From: an uncultured Planctomycetia bacterium
Lineage (GTDB): Bacteria > Omnitrophota > Gorgyraeia > 2-02-FULL-51-18
DNA: 64,000 nucleotides
Direction of reading: 5' to 3'
Assembly (NCBI GenBank): GCA_964628355.1
Contig: CAZVNB010000029.1
Span: forward strand, 3,155 to 67,154
Part shown: positions 9,738-20,742 of the stretch, one piece after another
Position numbering within the stretch: position 1 is the stretch's first letter
Layout of the letters: each line of letters opens with the position of its first letter
The notes under the pieces: model-generated
What the model was told of the DNA's origin: nothing
Seen by the model: only the letters and a program-made list of their open reading frames with translations
The model's database searches: none
Position numbers and translations under genes: made by a program

Positions 9738-10372
9738 GCTTGCGCGGAATTTTGATTACGCTGGAAGGCAATGAAGGTTGCGGCAAGTCCACGCAAATTC
9801 ATTTGCTGCGCAATTTTTTGAAGAAAAAAGGAAAGAAGGTTTTCCTGACGCGCGAGCCTGGAGGCACGATTATCGGGGATCAAATTCGAAAAATTTTATT
9901 GAGCGAGAAAAACGAGGCGCTTTCACCACTAAGCGAAACGTTGCTTTATATGGCCAGTCGCGCGCAGCTGGTGATGCAAGTGCTCAGACCGCGTCTGGCT
10001 AGAGGCGAGATTGTTTTGTGCGACCGCTGGTTGGACGCCACTGTGGCGTATCAAGGCTATGGGGGAGGCGTGGACCTGCGTTTGATCCAAAAACTGGGAC
10101 AGGTAGCGACACAAGGCGTGGTTCCGGCTCTCAGCCTTTATCTCGACCTACCGGTAACCATTGGTTTGGAGCGTGCATCTGGGAGGCGAAAAGCCGACCG
10201 GATAGAGAAAAAAAATATTTTATTTCATGAAAAAGTGCGCAAGGGGTTTCTGGCGATCGCTTGTCAAGAGCCCGGTCGCTTCAAAAGACTTGCGCTCCGC
10301 GCAGAGGATTCGGTGACGGCTGTTCACGGTCGTATCCAAAAAGAGGTCGAGCGTGTCCTTTCAAAATATTAA
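9734..10372 (+). CDS. tmk: Thymidylate kinase
   Basis: It has the ITLEGNEGCGKSTQ P-loop and a DRWLDATVAYQG lid. A GTG start overlaps the cysS stop; the ORF track uses a TTG at 9719. Confidence 0.85.
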   Translation: MSLRGILITLEGNEGCGKSTQIHLLRNFLKKKGKKVFLTREPGGTIIGDQIRKILLSEKNEALSPLSETLLYMASRAQLVMQVLRPRLARGEIVLCDRWLDATVAYQGYGGGVDLRLIQKLGQVATQGVVPALSLYLDLPVTIGLERASGRRKADRIEKKNILFHEKVRKGFLAIACQEPGRFKRLALRAEDSVTAVHGRIQKEVERVLSKY

Positions 10373-11219
10373 ACACCAGGAACGTACGGTAATTTATTTA
10401 CAGAATGCGTTGCGCCAAAACCGTCTGCCGCACGCGATTTTATTTTCGGGACCGCCGGGCTCCGGACAGATTCAGACGGCATTGGCTTTGGCCAAAGCGC
10501 TTTTCTGCCGCCAGCAAAACAACGGCCAGTCTTGCAACGTCTGTGTGGACTGTCGCCAGACCGACCGGCGCGCGCATCCGGATCTTATGTGGTTGGAACC
10601 CGAAAAAGATTCACGCGTGATCAAAGTGGAGGAGATCCGGACGCTCATCTCACGATGTAATTTAAAACCGTTTCAGGCTTCATGCAAAGTATTTGTGATT
10701 GATCGCGCCGACTGTCTCAACGACGTCGCGCAGAACGCTCTCTTAAAAACCTTAGAAGAACCAGAGGGGCGCACCTATTTTGTGCTGATTTCTTATGCCA
10801 TGGAGAAAATCTTGCCTACGGTGCGTTCCCGCGCGCAACTTTTAAATTTTATTCCTACCTGGGAAGAAAACGCTGCAAAAGCCACCCTTGTGGACGCGCG
10901 ACACGCCGTGTTTTCTTACTGCTCGATGGCCTATCCCAAAAAAAACACCCAGCCGGATTTAAGCGCCTTGTCACGGGAAGAAATCGTTTGCGTGCTGGAG
11001 ACGGCGATGGAGGATCTGCGCGAGGCTCTTTTGATCGAAGTGGGTGCTGCTTCCGTTCTCGGGGCCATTGAACAACGGCCTGACAAGGAGTTGGCTGCGC
11101 AGACGCTTAGTCGCGAGGTTTTAATCGAACGGCTCGAAACGATGGCCGAATTTAAAGAGAAAATTGCGCATTCGGTGAATGCGAAACTGGCACTTTCCGT
11201 GCTTTGGCAGAAACTATGA
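10353..11219 (+). CDS. holB: DNA polymerase III delta-prime subunit
   Basis: HAILFSGPPGSG is a degenerate Walker A, and the AAA+ clamp-loader fold includes the zinc module CNVCVDC. Confidence 0.75.
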   Translation: MSFQNIKHQERTVIYLQNALRQNRLPHAILFSGPPGSGQIQTALALAKALFCRQQNNGQSCNVCVDCRQTDRRAHPDLMWLEPEKDSRVIKVEEIRTLISRCNLKPFQASCKVFVIDRADCLNDVAQNALLKTLEEPEGRTYFVLISYAMEKILPTVRSRAQLLNFIPTWEENAAKATLVDARHAVFSYCSMAYPKKNTQPDLSALSREEIVCVLETAMEDLREALLIEVGAASVLGAIEQRPDKELAAQTLSREVLIERLETMAEFKEKIAHSVNAKLALSVLWQKL

Positions 11220-12775
11220 GCCAAAAATATTATCTTACCACGCCGCTTTACTATGTGAATTCCAAACCTCATATTGGCCACTCTTACACCACTATTGCGG
11301 CGGACGTACTGGCGCGCTTTGAACGTTTGATAGGCAAGGACGTGTTTTTTCTTACGGGCACCGACGAGCATGGACAAAAAGTGGACAAAGCGGCCCGCGA
11401 GGCGGCGGTGACGCCCCAGGAGTTCACCGATAAGATTTCGCTGACCTTTCGCGATCTCTGGAAAACACTGAACATCCAATACGATGATTTCATTCGTACC
11501 ACTGAAGGGCGTCACCAGCAGGCGGTTGCCCAGGTCTGGAAAAAATTAAATGAAAAAGGCGAGATTTATCGCGACACTTATTCGGGCTGGTATTGCACGC
11601 CGTGCGAGACCTTCTGGACCGAAGGGCAGGTGACAGGTGAAAATGGCGCGACACTTTGTCCTGATTGCCGTCGAACGGTTGAAAAAATCGAGGAGGAAAA
11701 TTTTTTTCTGAAACTTTCCGCGCATCAGTCGTGGTTGATCGATGCGATCCGAACAGGCGAGGAAATCAAAATTTTACCGGACACGCGGCGCAATGAAGTG
11801 TTGGGCTTTCTTGAAAATAATGTTTTGCAAGACCTTTGCATTTCTCGTCCGAAAAGCCGGCTTTCGTGGGGTATTCCGTCGCCTCTGAGCCAGCAGCATG
11901 TGACGTATGTGTGGTTTGACGCCCTGATCAATTATATCAGCGCCTGCGGTTACGGTCAGGATGAGAGTAAACTTAAAAAATGGTGGCCGGCCGATGTTCA
12001 CATCATCGGGAAGGATATTTTACGCCATCACGCGGTTTATTGGACGATCCTGCTCAAAGCGCTGGATTTACCGCTGCCGCGCATGATTTTTGCGCATGGC
12101 TGGTGGGTGCAAGGCGGGGAAAAAATGTCCAAGTCGCGCGGCAACGTCACGGACCCCGTCGAGATTTGTTCGCGTTACGGTGTCGATGCTTACAGATATT
12201 TTCTTTTGAGCGAAACTCCGTTTGGCGAAGATGGCGTGTTCAGCCAAGAGGCCTTGATCAATCGTTTCAACCACGATCTTGCCAATGATTTAGGTAATCT
12301 TTTAAGCCGCGCGCTCACGATGTGTGAAAAATATTTCGGTGGCGATATTCCCGCGAGTGTTTCGTCAAAATGTTCCGGGAGTTTGCGAGAGTCAGCCCAG
12401 GCGCTGGTCGGCACTCTTGTGCCTGTTATGGAAAATCTCGATTATTCGGAAGCTCTTGCGCAAATTTGGAAACTGATCAATCAAGCCAACAAATTTATCG
12501 AGGACCAAGCGCCCTGGAAACTTGCAAAAGAAAATAAAGTAGAAGACCTGCAACTGGTGATAGTGCAATTACACGAGGTTTTGAAGACAATTTCTCAGGC
12601 GGTGTGGCCTTTCATGCCGGCCACGGGCGAAGCAATTTGGAAACAACTGGGAATTCAACAGCCGATCACAAAAGTACCCTTTATGAAAAATGGTTGGGGT
12701 TTTTTTGAACGCGGCGGGAAGATCGCCAAAGGCGCGTCGCTTTTTCCAAGAATTCAAACCAGCCAGGCCTCATGA
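11216..12775 (+). CDS. metG: Methionyl-tRNA synthetase
   Basis: It carries HIGHSYTT and KMSKSRGN motifs and the zinc knuckle CTPCETF...CPDC. The ATG at 11216 overlaps the holB stop in an ATGA arrangement. Confidence 0.9.
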   Translation: MSQKYYLTTPLYYVNSKPHIGHSYTTIAADVLARFERLIGKDVFFLTGTDEHGQKVDKAAREAAVTPQEFTDKISLTFRDLWKTLNIQYDDFIRTTEGRHQQAVAQVWKKLNEKGEIYRDTYSGWYCTPCETFWTEGQVTGENGATLCPDCRRTVEKIEEENFFLKLSAHQSWLIDAIRTGEEIKILPDTRRNEVLGFLENNVLQDLCISRPKSRLSWGIPSPLSQQHVTYVWFDALINYISACGYGQDESKLKKWWPADVHIIGKDILRHHAVYWTILLKALDLPLPRMIFAHGWWVQGGEKMSKSRGNVTDPVEICSRYGVDAYRYFLLSETPFGEDGVFSQEALINRFNHDLANDLGNLLSRALTMCEKYFGGDIPASVSSKCSGSLRESAQALVGTLVPVMENLDYSEALAQIWKLINQANKFIEDQAPWKLAKENKVEDLQLVIVQLHEVLKTISQAVWPFMPATGEAIWKQLGIQQPITKVPFMKNGWGFFERGGKIAKGASLFPRIQTSQAS

Positions 12776-12870
12776 CAGACAAAGAAATCATGATCCGTCG
12801 CCACACTCAGTGAAAACCGCAATCCATAAACAGCCACACTAAAACACGGTTCATTTGGTAAGATAGTCTG

Positions 12871-14028
12871 ATGGAAGTTTATCTCGATTATAATTCGACG
12901 ACACCGCTGGATTCCCGCGTTTTCGAAGCGATGAAACCCTATTTAACGGAAAATTTTGCCAATGCCTCAAGTTTTCATCAAAGAGGACAGGCAGCACGGC
13001 ATGGGATAGAACAGGCGCGGGAAAAGATCGCGGATTGTCTGGTCGTCGAGCCAGGAGATCTTTTTTTCACATCCGGCGGTACGGAGAGCGATAATCTCGC
13101 CGTGCGAGGTGTCGTGATGGCGCGTCTTATGGAACGTAAACACCTGGTGGTTTCTTGCATCGAACACCAGGCAGTGTTGCATACGGCGCAACATCTGGCC
13201 AGGCGGCGTTGCCCGGTGAGCTACGTACCGGTAGATGCTGAGGGTATCGTGAAGTTGGATGAGCTTGAAAAATCCGTGACCGAACAGACAGCGCTTGTCA
13301 GCCTGATGCATGTCAACAATGAAACCGGCGTTCTGCAGCCTATCGTAGAAGCCTCGAAGATCGCTCACGCCAAAGGCGCTTATTTTCATGTGGATGCCGT
13401 GCAATCGTTCGGCAAGCTTCCCCTTGAGCCGGAAAAACTTGGCGCCGACCTGCTGACGATTTCCGCGCACAAGATCTGCGGACCCAAGGGTGTGGGGGTT
13501 CTTTATATCCGCAAAGGCATAAAAATTGAGGCGCTTTTGCACGGTGGCCACCAGGAAAAAAATATTCGCCCCGGCACCGAAAATGTGCCGGCCATCGTCG
13601 GTTTTGGAAAAGCCGCGGAGTTGGCATTCGGTCAACAGGACGTGGAATCCAAGCGCGTCGAGGAACTGCGCGACAGGCTCGAGCAGGGAATCCAAAAAAA
13701 TATTTCAGGCGTGCAACTGAATGGGCATGCCAAAAACCGCATTTACAATACGTTGAATCTTTCGTTCGAGGGGCTGGACGGAGAGACATTGTTGATGAAT
13801 CTGGACCTAAAAAAAATCTATGTCTCCACGGGATCCGCCTGCACGGCCGGGTCGGTGGAACCGTCGCATGTGCTTCTGGCGATGGGATGTTCGGAAAAAA
13901 GAGCCCGGTCATCGATCCGTTTTTCGCTAGGGCGCTTCACGACGCAACAAGAGATCGATTATGTCATCGAGACGTTGATTGGCTTGGTGGAAAGACTGCG
14001 AAAAAACTCGACTCAAAGAACCAAATAA
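12871..14028 (+). CDS. iscS: Cysteine desulfurase (NifS/IscS family)
   Basis: The PLP-binding lysine lies in SAHKICGPKGVGVLYIR and the catalytic Cys loop is STGSACTAG. Confidence 0.8.
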   Translation: MEVYLDYNSTTPLDSRVFEAMKPYLTENFANASSFHQRGQAARHGIEQAREKIADCLVVEPGDLFFTSGGTESDNLAVRGVVMARLMERKHLVVSCIEHQAVLHTAQHLARRRCPVSYVPVDAEGIVKLDELEKSVTEQTALVSLMHVNNETGVLQPIVEASKIAHAKGAYFHVDAVQSFGKLPLEPEKLGADLLTISAHKICGPKGVGVLYIRKGIKIEALLHGGHQEKNIRPGTENVPAIVGFGKAAELAFGQQDVESKRVEELRDRLEQGIQKNISGVQLNGHAKNRIYNTLNLSFEGLDGETLLMNLDLKKIYVSTGSACTAGSVEPSHVLLAMGCSEKRARSSIRFSLGRFTTQQEIDYVIETLIGLVERLRKNSTQRTK

Positions 14029-14046
14029 TGGACTGGTTTTAAAACT

Positions 14047-14829
14047 ATGAGAATTATCGACACGCACTGCCACCTTCATTTCGACGCGTTTGATGTGGAC
14101 CGCGAGGCTGTGGTCAGCCGTGCCCGTTTGGCAGGAGTCGAGTATCTAATCAATGTCGGCACGGACGCACAAACCAATAAAAAGGCCTTCGAGCTGGCTT
14201 TGCGCTACCCCTTCATGTTTCACACGGCCGGTCTTCATCCGCATTCGGCGCATGAGATGGATGAGACGGGTTTAAAAAAAATTGAACAGTTCGTGCGCGA
14301 AACAAAACCCGTAGCTATCGGTGAAATCGGGCTCGATTATTTCAAAAGCCAAGGGTCCCCGGAATTGCAAAAAAAAGTTTTTACGCGGATGATTCAGATC
14401 GCAAAATCTCAAGGGTTGCCCGTCATCGTGCATTCGCGTAACGCCTTCGATGACACTTACGAAATTCTTCGTGCCGAGAGTGGTGGAGCTTTGCGCGGTG
14501 TCATGCACTGTTTTTCTTACGATCAAACGGCGCTTAAAAAGTTATTGGATATCGGGTTTTTGGTCTCCTTCACCTGTAACCTTACTTTTAAAAATGCCTC
14601 GGCGCTGTTGGACGTGGCTGCTTTTGCGCCGCTGGAAGGCATAATGCTGGAAACCGACTCGCCGTATTTGGCGCCTCAAAGCCGCCGCGGGCAGCGGAAC
14701 GAACCGTCATTTTTACCCGAGCTGGTATCGTTTTTGGCCGAGAAAAAAAATATCTTGCCCCAGAAACTTGCAGAAGAAACCACGAAAAATTCCATTCGTT
14801 TTTTTGGCATTCCCACCGACCATGTTTGA
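14047..14829 (+). CDS. tatD: TatD family metal-dependent hydrolase
   Basis: It starts IDTHCHLHF and is a TIM-barrel deoxyribonuclease family member of about 260 aa. Confidence 0.8.
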   Translation: MRIIDTHCHLHFDAFDVDREAVVSRARLAGVEYLINVGTDAQTNKKAFELALRYPFMFHTAGLHPHSAHEMDETGLKKIEQFVRETKPVAIGEIGLDYFKSQGSPELQKKVFTRMIQIAKSQGLPVIVHSRNAFDDTYEILRAESGGALRGVMHCFSYDQTALKKLLDIGFLVSFTCNLTFKNASALLDVAAFAPLEGIMLETDSPYLAPQSRRGQRNEPSFLPELVSFLAEKKNILPQKLAEETTKNSIRFFGIPTDHV

Positions 14830-15862
14830 GGTAATTCGTAAAAATCCATGGACATCTTTCATGCTTCTTTTTCTTGCATTTTTGTACACTTTCTTATTGA
14901 TGGAGGGACTTTTTTCATCCAAAAACCACGAGACGTTGTTGGCCAAAAATGAAAGCCGGGTCACCGCCAGGGAGCTGAAAAAAAAAGAAGAAATTGTCCG
15001 CCAGAATCTCATGGCACGACCAAAACTGGCCGGGGCTATCTGGTTGTCCTTCATAGCTGTTCTGGCGAGTGGCATCGGGTTGGATGCCTATCTTGTGCTG
15101 TGCGGATTTCGCGATCGACCGTGGGAGGTGGAGTCTTCCAAGAAGCCTTGGGTTCGCTGGGGACTCAAAGAGATAACGCAGGGGTTTGTATTTTTATTTT
15201 TCGTTGAAGGCGTTATCTTTGTTGCGCAGACTTTTTGGTATTGGGCCACAGGTCTTGAAAAAACGCCGCGGGACTTTTTTTTGCTGGCAAACAGTCTGCT
15301 GCGTGACTTGTGCGTGGTTTTTTTTGTTTGGCGGCTGGTTCGCGGGCATGGCCAATCACTGGCCGATCTGGGATTAAAAAGTGGCCGGTTTGTGCAGAAT
15401 GTCAAAACCGGCGTGCTGGGTTATGTGGCCATGGTTCCACCAATGCTGGTGGGTTTTGTTCTGCTGGCGGCACTCATGCACCTTTTCTCGTACCAACCGT
15501 TGCCGCAGAATGTTGTACAGATTTATCTTGAGAAGAAAAATACAGGGCATTACCTTTTTCTTTTTACCCTATTTGTAGCCGGTTTGGGCCCGGTTCTGGA
15601 GGAGCTTTTTTTTCGGGGGTTTGCTTACCCCGCGCTAAAGCAGCGGATAGGGACGGCTAAAGCCATGGCCTTGACCGCCGCCGTGTTTGCCGGATTTCAC
15701 ATGAGTGCCCTGGCTTTTCTGCCGGTATTTTTTCTCGGCCTTTTTCTCACTTATCTCTATGAGTCGACCGGATCATTGGTCCCATCCATTTCGGCGCATG
15801 TGTTGCACAACACGCTGATGGTCTTGATGACGTTGGGGTTCCGCGCGCTTTCGGGTTCATGA
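14822..15862 (+). CDS. CPBP family intramembrane metalloprotease (CAAX protease-like)
   Basis: It is a multi-TM protein with EELFFRG, FHMSA and HVLHN motifs. Its start overlaps the tatD stop. Confidence 0.7.
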   Translation: MFEVIRKNPWTSFMLLFLAFLYTFLLMEGLFSSKNHETLLAKNESRVTARELKKKEEIVRQNLMARPKLAGAIWLSFIAVLASGIGLDAYLVLCGFRDRPWEVESSKKPWVRWGLKEITQGFVFLFFVEGVIFVAQTFWYWATGLEKTPRDFFLLANSLLRDLCVVFFVWRLVRGHGQSLADLGLKSGRFVQNVKTGVLGYVAMVPPMLVGFVLLAALMHLFSYQPLPQNVVQIYLEKKNTGHYLFLFTLFVAGLGPVLEELFFRGFAYPALKQRIGTAKAMALTAAVFAGFHMSALAFLPVFFLGLFLTYLYESTGSLVPSISAHVLHNTLMVLMTLGFRALSGS

Positions 15863-16743
15863 TGAGCCTGGGGGAGTTCGAACTGATCGCACAAATTCGA
15901 AAAAAGACCAAAACCAGCGCTCGTGTGCTTGTGGGTATCGGGGATGACGCGGCGGTGATCCAAGTCAATGGCCGCAAAGATCTTTTATTCACGACGGACA
16001 TGCTGATTGAAAACCGGCACTTCCGGTTGAAAGACGCCACGGCCTATGAAATCGGACGAAAGGCGCTGGCCGTGAATTTGAGTGATATTGCCGCGATGGG
16101 CGGCGTTCCCACCCAAGCGGTGGTGGCGCTGGGACTTCCCAAGCGACTGTCCGGTCGTTTTACCAGACAGCTATATTTGGGCATTGAGGATTTAGCCAAA
16201 CACTTTGGCGTCAATGTTGTCGGCGGTGATACGAACCGGTGCAATCAACTGGTGCTCAGCGTGGCGATGATAGGCGAGGTGGAAAGGGGAAAGGCGCTGC
16301 GCCGCTCAGGCGCACGCGTGGGGGACTGCGTGATGGTGAGCGGTGCGCTGGGCGGTTCGTATGCTTCGGGCAAGCATTTGAATTTTTTACCGCGCGTGCG
16401 TGAGGCACGGTATTTGGCCAAACATTTTCATGTGCACGCGATGATGGATATTTCGGATGGCCTGGCCTCCGACGCAAGACGCATAGCGGAAGAAAGTCGG
16501 GTCGGTATTTTGATAGAAGAAAAACGCATCCCACTTTCAATCTCGGCGAAAAATACGGCTCAAGCGCTGCAAGATGGCGAAGACTTCGAGCTTTTATTCA
16601 CGCTTTCGGAAAAAGAAGCGCGCCGCGCTGCCAAAAAATTTTACATCATTGGACGCGTCGTGCCCCGGTTTCAAGGCGTGAAATTATTAAAAAAGGACGG
16701 GTCGCGAGTGTCGCTGGCAGGCGGGTTTGATCACTTTCGATGA
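15859..16743 (+). CDS. thiL: Thiamine-monophosphate kinase
   Basis: An AIR synthase-related fold is present (IGDDAAV...ENRHFRLKDATAYEIGRKALAVNLSDIAAMGG). Confidence 0.8.
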   Translation: MMSLGEFELIAQIRKKTKTSARVLVGIGDDAAVIQVNGRKDLLFTTDMLIENRHFRLKDATAYEIGRKALAVNLSDIAAMGGVPTQAVVALGLPKRLSGRFTRQLYLGIEDLAKHFGVNVVGGDTNRCNQLVLSVAMIGEVERGKALRRSGARVGDCVMVSGALGGSYASGKHLNFLPRVREARYLAKHFHVHAMMDISDGLASDARRIAEESRVGILIEEKRIPLSISAKNTAQALQDGEDFELLFTLSEKEARRAAKKFYIIGRVVPRFQGVKLLKKDGSRVSLAGGFDHFR

Positions 16744-17210
16744 AAAAGATTTTACTGCATACGGATTCTGCTGAAAAAACAAAGCGAATCGGCAGAATCA
16801 TTGGAAAACACCTTTTGCCGGGCGCGGTCGTGACTTTGCAAGGAGAGCTGGGTGCCGGAAAAACGACATTGGTAAAAGGCATCGCCAAGGGCCTGGGTCT
16901 GGCCTCCGAAAAAATAGTTTCCAGCCCCACGTTTGTCTTGATTCATGAATACACCGCCCGGAAAAAAATTTATCATATCGATTGGTACCGTCTGCGTTCT
17001 GTTGAGGGAGCCGATGAGGCGTTGGCCGAAGAATGTTTTGCTTCTGACTCGATCACGCTGGTGGAATGGCCCGAGCGGGGTAAATCCTTGATTCCCTTAA
17101 ACGCTGTGGCAATACGGATATCCCATCGGGGATTTTGTTCAAGGAGCCTTGAGATTTTCTTTCCGACGCGCCCAGCGCCACAATTTTTGAAAGCATTAAA
17201 AAAACCATGA
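16740..17210 (+). CDS. tsaE: tRNA t6A37 biosynthesis ATPase TsaE
   Basis: It has a VTLQGELGAGKTTLVKGIAKGLG P-loop and is about 156 aa. Confidence 0.85.
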   Translation: MKKILLHTDSAEKTKRIGRIIGKHLLPGAVVTLQGELGAGKTTLVKGIAKGLGLASEKIVSSPTFVLIHEYTARKKIYHIDWYRLRSVEGADEALAEECFASDSITLVEWPERGKSLIPLNAVAIRISHRGFCSRSLEIFFPTRPAPQFLKALKKP

Positions 17211-17827
17211 AAATTCTTGCCTATGATAGTTCCGGCGAGCACTTGAGCGTCGCTCTTTATGAAGAGGGGAAAAAAATCGTAGAGCTTTCTTCAGACGCGG
17301 GCGCAAGGCATTCGAGCGTTCTTGTTCCGATGATCGAGCAACTTCTAAAAAAGTCCCGGACGAGCCTTTCGGACGTGGACGTGTTTGCCGTGGGGCTCGG
17401 GCCAGGCTCTTTTACGGGTCTGCGCGTGGGTATTGCCACGGCGCAAGTCTTGGGCTATGTTTTAAAGAAAAAAATCGTGGGTGTGTCGAGTCTTGAAGCG
17501 ATAGCCAGGCAGGCGCTTGAGTCAAAAAGTTGCCGGGCGGCCGTGTTGCTTGACGCCAGGAAATCCAAAGTGTACGGCGCCGTGTATGAACGCCGCGGAG
17601 AAAAATTTCGCGTGATCGTAAAACCGGCGCTTTTTGACTCAAAAAAATTTCCAGGATTTTCGCATGGCTCGAATCTTATTGTCATCGAAAATGCAGTACC
17701 CAAAGCTTCGCAAATCGCCCAAGGGGCGCTGCCGTTGATTCAACAAAAAAAATTCATCGACCCGTTTGACCTCCGACCGCTTTATTTGCATCCGAGAGAT
17801 TGCAATGTCACTTATGCGAAAAAATAA
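17207..17827 (+). CDS. tsaB: tRNA t6A37 biosynthesis protein TsaB (inactive Kae1/YeaZ homolog)
   Basis: The N-terminus is MKILAYDSSGEHLSVAL and the fold is ASKHA. It is coupled to tsaE. Confidence 0.8.
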   Translation: MKILAYDSSGEHLSVALYEEGKKIVELSSDAGARHSSVLVPMIEQLLKKSRTSLSDVDVFAVGLGPGSFTGLRVGIATAQVLGYVLKKKIVGVSSLEAIARQALESKSCRAAVLLDARKSKVYGAVYERRGEKFRVIVKPALFDSKKFPGFSHGSNLIVIENAVPKASQIAQGALPLIQQKKFIDPFDLRPLYLHPRDCNVTYAKK

Positions 17828-18953
17828 AAAAAAGTTTCCTTTGCTTTGGGCTGAGATTGATTTGCGGCATCTTCGGCACAACTTACGCGAGATTCGCCGC
17901 GCGCTCATGGCGTCGGGCGCAGAAGTCTTGGCTGTCGTGAAAGCCGATGCGTATGGGCATGGCATGAAAGAGGTCGCCCAGGCGCTTTGGAAACAAGGCG
18001 TGTCTTTTTTTGGAGTCGCCAATATCCAGGAGGCATTGGAGCTTCGCCGAGTTTGCCGGACAGCCAAAATTCTCGTGCTGGGAAGCTTTCATGAAAGTCA
18101 AATACCCTTTTATATTCGCGCAAAAATTCGTCCGACACTATCGTCGGTTGAAGATTTGGAGATTTTAGAGAAAAAACTAAGGTCCGCGCCGGTTTTTCCC
18201 GTGCATATAAAAGTGGACACCGGAATGGGGCGTTTGGGTGTTTGGCATGAGCAGGCCCTGGAGCTTATTCAAAAAACTGCCCGATGCGACAAAATAAAAA
18301 TAGAGGGGATTTACACGCATTTTGCAAGTGCCGATGAGGTGTCGGGACGCGCAACACGATTGCAAATGACGCTTTTTGATCGGCTGGAAAAAAAAGTCAA
18401 GGCGCTTGGCATCTGTCCCGACTATTGGCATGCAGCCAACAGCCTAGGCCTGGCTCGCTTTCGCAAATCGCACCTGAATATGGTGCGGCCAGGTATTTTG
18501 CTGTATGGCCTCAACCCGTGGAAAATGGGAAAAATACGTTTAAGGTTAAAACCGGTATTGAGCCTTAAAACACGCATTTCTTTTTTAAAAAAAGTGCCGG
18601 CTGGCCGCAGCCTGAGTTATGCAGGGACGCATGAAACATCTGCCAAAACTTGCATCGCTACGCTGCCGGTCGGATATAGCCACGGTTATCGCGTTGATTT
18701 TTCCAACAAGAGTTTCGTGCTCGTGAAAGGCCGGCGTTGCGCCGTGGTGGGTCGTGTCACGATGGACCAGACGCTGGTGGATGTAAGGAATTCGCCCTGG
18801 GTCCAGCGCTGGGACACGGTGACGTTGATTGGTCGCCAGGGTGGCCAGTGCGTTTCAGTCGAAGAGTTGGCCGCATTCGCTGGCACTATTCCTTACGAGA
18901 TCGTTTGTTCCATTCACAGCCGTATCCCGAGGGTTTACAAGGGGTTGAAGTAG
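17805..18953 (+). CDS. alr: Alanine racemase
   Basis: The PLP lysine lies in AVVKADAYGHG. It carries the C-terminal beta domain. Confidence 0.85.
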   Translation: MSLMRKNKKKFPLLWAEIDLRHLRHNLREIRRALMASGAEVLAVVKADAYGHGMKEVAQALWKQGVSFFGVANIQEALELRRVCRTAKILVLGSFHESQIPFYIRAKIRPTLSSVEDLEILEKKLRSAPVFPVHIKVDTGMGRLGVWHEQALELIQKTARCDKIKIEGIYTHFASADEVSGRATRLQMTLFDRLEKKVKALGICPDYWHAANSLGLARFRKSHLNMVRPGILLYGLNPWKMGKIRLRLKPVLSLKTRISFLKKVPAGRSLSYAGTHETSAKTCIATLPVGYSHGYRVDFSNKSFVLVKGRRCAVVGRVTMDQTLVDVRNSPWVQRWDTVTLIGRQGGQCVSVEELAAFAGTIPYEIVCSIHSRIPRVYKGLK

Positions 18954-18965
18954 GGGGATTTTCTT

Positions 18966-18993
18966 TTGACCGTTATTTGATTCGTGTTATAAT
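18966..18993 (+). promoter_or_regulatory. Near-consensus sigma70-type promoter upstream of ilvB
   Basis: TTGACC is followed by a 16-nt spacer and TATAAT (18988-18993), about 65 nt upstream of the ilvB ATG. Confidence 0.55.
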
Positions 18994-19057
18994 ACAAAAT
19001 TCGCGCCCAGTTGTGGCGTAAATTAACTAAATTTAACTCATTGATTCGAGGTTTTAG

Positions 19058-20734
19058 ATGGCAGTGATGACCGGTGCGCAAATGGTGGTCGAGGCGTTCT
19101 CGCGCGAAGGGGTTGATTTTGTTTTTGGTCTTCCTGGCGGCGCCTGCTTGCCCCTTTTTGATGCTTTATATGACGCCAAGTTTAAGGTTATTTTGGTGCG
19201 GCATGAACAGGGTGCGGTGCACATGGCCGAAGGTTACGCCCGTTCGACGGGGCGACCTGGTGTTGTGGTGGTGACCTCAGGGCCTGGAGCGACGAACACG
19301 GTGACGGGTCTGGCCGACGCCTATATGGATTCTATTCCGCTGGTGGTGGTCACGGGCCAGGTGAAATCGTTTTTGATCGGCAATGACGCGTTTCAAGAAG
19401 CCGATGTGACGGGCATCACGCGACCGATTACCAAACATAATTATTTGGTAAAAGATTTAAATGATCTGCCGCGTGTTTTGAAAGAAGCGTTTTATATCGC
19501 AACCCACGGACGGCCGGGTCCGGTGCTGATCGATTTTCCCTCCGACATCAGCCTGCAAAAAATGGAATTCGACTATCCAAAAAAGGTGGAAATCCGCGGC
19601 TTCAAACCGACGCTGGAAGGGCATCCCGGTCAGATCAAAAAAGCTGCCAAGATGATCGAAGAGTCAAAAAAGCCGGTGATTTACACCGGCGGCGGCGTGA
19701 TCATCGCGGGCGCTTCCAAAGAGCTTATTGAATTTGTTGAAAAAACCAAAGCCCCTTGCACGAATACACTGATGGGTTTGGGTGGAGTGCCGGGCACTCA
19801 TCCGCTTTTCATGGGCATGCTAGGCATGCACGGCACCGTGTTTGCCAATCGCGCGGTGCATGAAAGCGATCTTTTGATTGCGGTAGGCGCTCGCTTCGAT
19901 GACCGTGTCACGGGCGACCTAAAGAAATTTGCGCCGCATGCAAAAATTATTCATATAGACGTGGATCCCTCTGCCATTTCCAAGAATGTAAAGGTGGACG
20001 TGCCGATTGTGGGGGACGTCAAGCACGTTTTACAGGAACTGAACAAGATCGTGAAGGCTCCTGACACCAAACAATGGCTGGCGGATATTGAGAAATGGAA
20101 AAAAGAAAGCCCGTTGCGTTACAAAGACGACAGCCATGAAATCCGGCCGCAGTATGCGATCCAGAAACTTTGTGAGATTTACGGAAGCGACGCGATTGTA
20201 ACCACGGATGTGGGACAGCATCAAATGTGGGCGGCGCAGTATTACAAATTGAGCGGCCCCAACCAGTTTTTGACCTCCGGCGGTCTGGGCACCATGGGCT
20301 ATGGTTTTCCGGCCGCGATCGGGGCGCAATTTGCGTTCCCGGACAAGACGGTGGTTTGTATTAGCGGCGACGGGTCGATTCAGATGAACATTCAGGAAAT
20401 GGCCACGGCCGCGGTGAATAGGCTGCCGGTCAAAATCGCGATCATCAACAATAATTATCTGGGCATGGTGCGGCAATGGCAGGAGGCGTTTTACAATCAC
20501 CGTTATTCCAGCTCCGGAATGAGCGGTAATCCCGATTTTGTGCTTCTGTCCGAGGCCTATGGAGGCGCGGGCCGGCATGTGGTAAAAAAAGACGAAGTGG
20601 AGGACGCGATTCGCTGGAGCTTGACCGTCAAAGACCGTCCCTGCATCCTTGATTTCGTGGTCAAAGAAGAGGAAAACGTTTATCCGATGATCCCCGCGGG
20701 CAGGTCTTTCGAAGAAATCATGGACATGGCGTAA
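19058..20734 (+). CDS. ilvB: Acetolactate synthase large subunit
   Basis: It is a ThDP enzyme (GLPGGA...[17 protein letters not shown]...NN) of 558 aa. Confidence 0.85.
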   Translation: MAVMTGAQMVVEAFSREGVDFVFGLPGGACLPLFDALYDAKFKVILVRHEQGAVHMAEGYARSTGRPGVVVVTSGPGATNTVTGLADAYMDSIPLVVVTGQVKSFLIGNDAFQEADVTGITRPITKHNYLVKDLNDLPRVLKEAFYIATHGRPGPVLIDFPSDISLQKMEFDYPKKVEIRGFKPTLEGHPGQIKKAAKMIEESKKPVIYTGGGVIIAGASKELIEFVEKTKAPCTNTLMGLGGVPGTHPLFMGMLGMHGTVFANRAVHESDLLIAVGARFDDRVTGDLKKFAPHAKIIHIDVDPSAISKNVKVDVPIVGDVKHVLQELNKIVKAPDTKQWLADIEKWKKESPLRYKDDSHEIRPQYAIQKLCEIYGSDAIVTTDVGQHQMWAAQYYKLSGPNQFLTSGGLGTMGYGFPAAIGAQFAFPDKTVVCISGDGSIQMNIQEMATAAVNRLPVKIAIINNNYLGMVRQWQEAFYNHRYSSSGMSGNPDFVLLSEAYGGAGRHVVKKDEVEDAIRWSLTVKDRPCILDFVVKEEENVYPMIPAGRSFEEIMDMA

Positions 20735-20742
20735 AGGAGTTT